NCBI GenBank assembly: GCA_002269645.1
Contig: NIVC01000874.1
Span: 186,001-250,000 of the forward strand
Reading direction: 5' to 3'
From: Macrostomum lignano
Taxonomy: Eukaryota
Length of the DNA: 64,000 bases
The position numbers and the translations under genes are program-made. Of the stretch, positions 62,515-64,000 are shown piece after piece. The notes under the pieces are model-generated. The model was not told where the DNA came from. It was given only the letters and a program-made list of their open reading frames with translations, and did no database searches. Numbering within the stretch: position 1 is the stretch's first letter; each line of letters starts with the position of its first letter.

Positions 62515-62880
62515 ACCAGTGTACAGTGTACACACGGGAGGGGGTAGAGGGCAGCGAGGAACACGGCTAGCCAGTGTACACACGGGCGGGGGTAGAGGGC
62601 AGGGAGGAACACGGCTAGCCAGTGTACACACGGGCGGGGGTAGAGGGCAGGGAGGAACACGGCTAGTCAGTGTACACACGGGCGGGGGTAGAGGGCAGCG
62701 AGGAACACGGCTAGCCAGTGTACACACGGGCGGGGGTAGAGGGCAGCGAGGAACACGGCTAGCCAGTGTACACACGGGCGGGGGTAGAGGGCAGGGAGGA
62801 ACACGGCTAGCCAGTGTACACACGGGCGGGGGTAGAGGGCAGCGAGGAACACGGCTAGCCAGTGTACACACGGGCGGGGT
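62515..62880 (+). repeat. 48-bp G-rich minisatellite
   Basis: About 7.5 units of CAGTGTACACACGGGCGGGGGTAGAGGGCAG(C/G)GAGGAACACGGCTAGC. Confidence 0.97.
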
Positions 62881-63539
62881 TATCAAACAAGATCATGAAA
62901 AGATAATAAAATGCATAGAAATTAAAATTTAGTAAAACATGGCAGCATGACAGACTTGATACTGCAATATAAATGGACTACTTTGCATTTAGCTACTGAA
63001 CATGTACAATATCAATTGCGCACGCCAAAAGGAGGCATTTAGTTTCCGCAGACACCGAAAGCTGGAAAATATCCGGTTGAAAGCTATCGGAAATTTTTAA
63101 TAGGCAGACAAAATGGGCAACAGGCGATCGGGCCCGCGCGCACAACTCTAATTATCTGCTGCGCCCGGGAGTTCCCGACAGGCAGAACTTTCCCGAAATG
63201 GCCCACTAGAGGCTTGAATTTGAGAGCTCCCCGGGGGAGGGCAGGGGTAGCGTGATGGTTGAGCTGAGAAACCCGATACTGTGAGCACCGAGATGCCGCC
63301 CCCTTCCACTACCCCGAGCAAGCGGGTTGGCACCGGATCTGCGTGTTCCACGGTTCCACGAGTTTCAACCCGCGCCAGGCCATCTCGAATGCCGAAATTG
63401 GTCGAAGCTCGAAGTTTGCATCGGACTGGGGCATCCAGTTTCAATGGGGTGGAGCGGCAACTGCGGATACACAGCAAAATATTCGCTGAGGGGGGAGGTT
63501 AATATTTTGGGTAGGGCTTGGTGATCGTTCTGATTCTGA

Positions 63540-64000
63540 AGCCCTGAAGGCCCTGACGCCAAGAATTTTAAAGCCTAATAAGAAACGTCTAAAAGACAGG
63601 AATGTAGGATGCCTGAAGTATGAGGCCCTGAAGGTCCTGAGGCCCTGAAGGTCCTGAGGCCCTGAAGGTCCTGAGGCCCTGAAGGTCCTGAGGCCCTGAA
63701 GGTCCTGAGGCCCTGAAGGTCCTGAGGCCCTGAAGGTCCTGAGGCCCTGAGGCCCTGAAGGTCCTGAGGCCCTGAAGGTCCTGAGGCCCTGAAGGTCCTG
63801 AGGCCCTGAAGGTCCTGAAGCCCTGAAGGTCCTGAGGCCCTGAAGGTCCTGAGGCCCTGAAGGTCCTGAGGCCCTGAAGGTCCTGAGGCCCTGAAGGTCC
63901 TGAGGCCCTGAAGGTCCTGAGGCCCTGAAGGTCCTGAGGCCCTGAAGGTCCTGAGGCCCTGAAGGTCCTGAGGCCCTGAAGGTCCTGAGGCCCTGAAGGT
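63540..64000 (+). repeat. 17-bp minisatellite CTGAGGCCCTGAAGGTC, running off the window
   Basis: Tandem array with degenerate lead-in units from ~63540. Confidence 0.98.

Noticed and set aside
63148-63477. Possible further DLG1 exon (minus; acceptor TATCCGCAG ~63462)
   Set aside because: No clear donor or domain similarity; too weak to call.

Overview
Eukaryotic (animal) genomic DNA, not prokaryotic. GC-rich exons, minisatellite-filled introns and TTAGGG-type repeats are reminiscent of the flatworm Macrostomum lignano, but this is inference and untested. Four spliced genes were reconstructed by hand. (1) AP-2 mu subunit (minus strand, runs off the left edge). (2) A ~4,000-aa, ~24-exon polycystin-1-like/REJ receptor (plus, 15.5-35.0 kb) with discoidin and C-type-lectin N-terminal domains and a degenerate GPS. 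(3) ATG16L1 (plus, 43.5-48.2 kb). (4) DLG1/discs-large (minus, PDZ3-SH3-GK, with candidate upstream exons). Also present: a decayed DD37E Tc1/mariner transposon, an internally deleted LTR-less Ty3/gypsy element, a hAT-type MITE, two tRNA-derived SINE copies, a 6.3-kb 22-23-bp satellite with ~1.1-kb higher-order duplication, and about 17 different minisatellites, nearly one private family per intron. The most unusual item is a 297-bp TIR/9-bp-TSD element in ATG16L1 intron 1. It carries a 28S rRNA fragment spanning the R2/I-PpoI/Pokey target site, with that site specifically destroyed. Several genes show single-base frameshifts at short homopolymers, probably long-read assembly errors. All homology calls are from memory of the families; no searches were run.
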